Shown here: in pieces, positions 62,766 through 64,000 of the stretch
Numbering within the stretch: position 1 is the first letter of the stretch
Layout: each line of letters starts with the position of its first letter
From: Nitrospirales bacterium
Lineage (GTDB): Bacteria > Nitrospirota > Nitrospiria > Nitrospirales > UBA8639
Length of the DNA: 64,000 bases
Direction: 5' to 3'
Assembly: GCA_965203295.1 (NCBI GenBank)
Contig: CBDBCZ010000018.1
Span: 2,368,001 to 2,432,000 of the forward strand
Notes under the pieces: model-generated
The model's database searches: none
Told to the model about the DNA's origin: nothing
What the model saw: only the letters and a program-made list of their open reading frames with translations
Program-made: the position numbers and the translations under genes

Positions 62766-62911
62766 TGTTTCTGCAAAACTATTCCCCTGTCCAAAACCTT
62801 AACCTTAGACATTTCCCTATACTCTGTCACTTTCTACTCTACATGCTCTTTCCAGTTACCATCAAACTGATCATCTACGGATGCTGTACCCAGCCTTTCA
62901 TAATGTTCACG

Positions 62912-63300
62912 TAAATACTTCCAAATTTCCCTTAGTGCTGGTTACACATGAACCTGGAGTACTCCTCAAAGAAGCTATATACCCTTATGACTATCTTTTG
63001 AAGATCCTACCAACAAATGCCCAAAAACTCTTTCCTGTTTTCATGAAAATCTTAATTAGCCCTTTCAATCACCTCATTTCAACTATCTATACCAATTCCT
63101 TGATTTCCGAACATCGTTTGTAACACTCTCCCCGTTTATCTCCCCTGCCAATACCACACTCCAGTATGATCCTTATCATAATCTTAATCTTACCATCACA
63201 CCACCTCACCGCTTTGTCACACATTATCACCTTTTCTCTGTTTTTGGGGAAATGGCACCTCAGGTAGTCTCTGGCCAGAGATACAGATGCCATCTTGATT
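62912..63300 (-). mobile_element. LINE fragment, close copy of 48540-48860
   Basis: Shared text yields near-identical antisense ORFs (LVTHEPG.LLKEAIYPYDYLLKILPTNAQKLF). Confidence 0.88.
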
Positions 63301-64000
63301 TGTTGCTCAGGGATCTGTACGACTTGTTTTAAAAGGGTAGGCTACGTAGCTCCAATTTACATACGTCCAATTGGAGATTATGAACTCCAGCGAACAGACA
63401 GAATGAGCGAGCTGCTAGGAGTAGTAGTTGTAGCACAGAAAGATCTACTATATACATGTAGGTGGCTACAGCTTGTAGGTTTGTAGCATTGTGTAGCTTA
63501 TGTACAAGTGGAGATAGCCACACGTTATTCTCACTATTTCACATGTTGACTGACATGTTGCTGTGTGAGGCAGTTTGTACATGCTTGCTTTTAGTATAAC
63601 AAGCTCAATTTGTAAATGTGGAAGAGGCTTAGCCTACATTGGGTGCTCTCATGCACGGTAAGAGTGTTGGAAGCAGTTCCTTATACACTCTATCATTGTC
63701 AGTCAGGTAGCTGTACAGCAGATTGAGCCCTAAATAGGCTCTGCACCGATGTAACAGTTGTCCTACAGCATCTGCATCTAGCAGCTGCCAATGGTGTAAT
63801 CACACAGATTCAGTGAATTTATTATACCTGATAGTTGATATCTTGAAAATCTAAATCCCAGTGTTTTCAAGATTGCTATACAAACTGCCATTTTAGTTTG
63901 CACAATCAGTCAGGTAAGAGCAGAGATGAATTATGGTGTGGCCATATCATAGGCTGTGATTTCATGTGCAGAGTCTCTATCAATGAGTCCTGAAGCAGCC

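Noticed and set aside
61430..63486. Possible downstream ABCG exons (GGKQGKVTIALK at ~61460; KRVGYV at ~63330)
   Set aside because: Matches are too short, in the wrong order for an NBD, and lack convincing context.

Overview
Eukaryotic (animal) genomic DNA with spliceosomal GT-AG introns and very dense repeats. The repeat types and gene content suggest a non-bilaterian or marine invertebrate, most likely a demosponge; this is an inference, not verified. There are no prokaryotic operons, CRISPR arrays or rRNA. The window is a mosaic of partial or decayed intron-containing genes embedded in transposon debris. + strand: cbEGF/SRCR exons (11.1 kb, 24.4-25.3 kb); a small type-I membrane protein (beta-sandwich, Thr-rich stalk, TM; 13.2-16.4 kb); and a disabled multi-exon gene (53.2-59.6 kb) that joins a signal peptide and Notum/pectin-acetylesterase (PAE) hydrolase domain to a TM helix and the start of an ABCG-type nucleotide-binding domain. 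That fusion is the most unusual object here. - strand: two intact Ig exons preceded by decayed death-domain-like exons (MALT1-like N-terminal architecture with no caspase domain; 21.8-26.9 kb), a CIMIP2/FAM166-like gene start (30.9-32.05 kb) and an FHAD1-like coiled-coil exon chain (47.3-51.2 kb). Repeats include LINE fragments, a Deu/Nin-type tRNA SINE, an LTR, piggyBac-, Kolobok-, Tc1/mariner- and Harbinger-like MITEs, TAG...CTA palindromic MITEs with 9-bp TSDs, Helentron/DINE-like and Crypton-like elements, a 61-bp tandem array abutting a 1.1-kb palindrome, and a 2-kb block present twice. All family assignments come from manual translation and remembered motifs; no database search was run.
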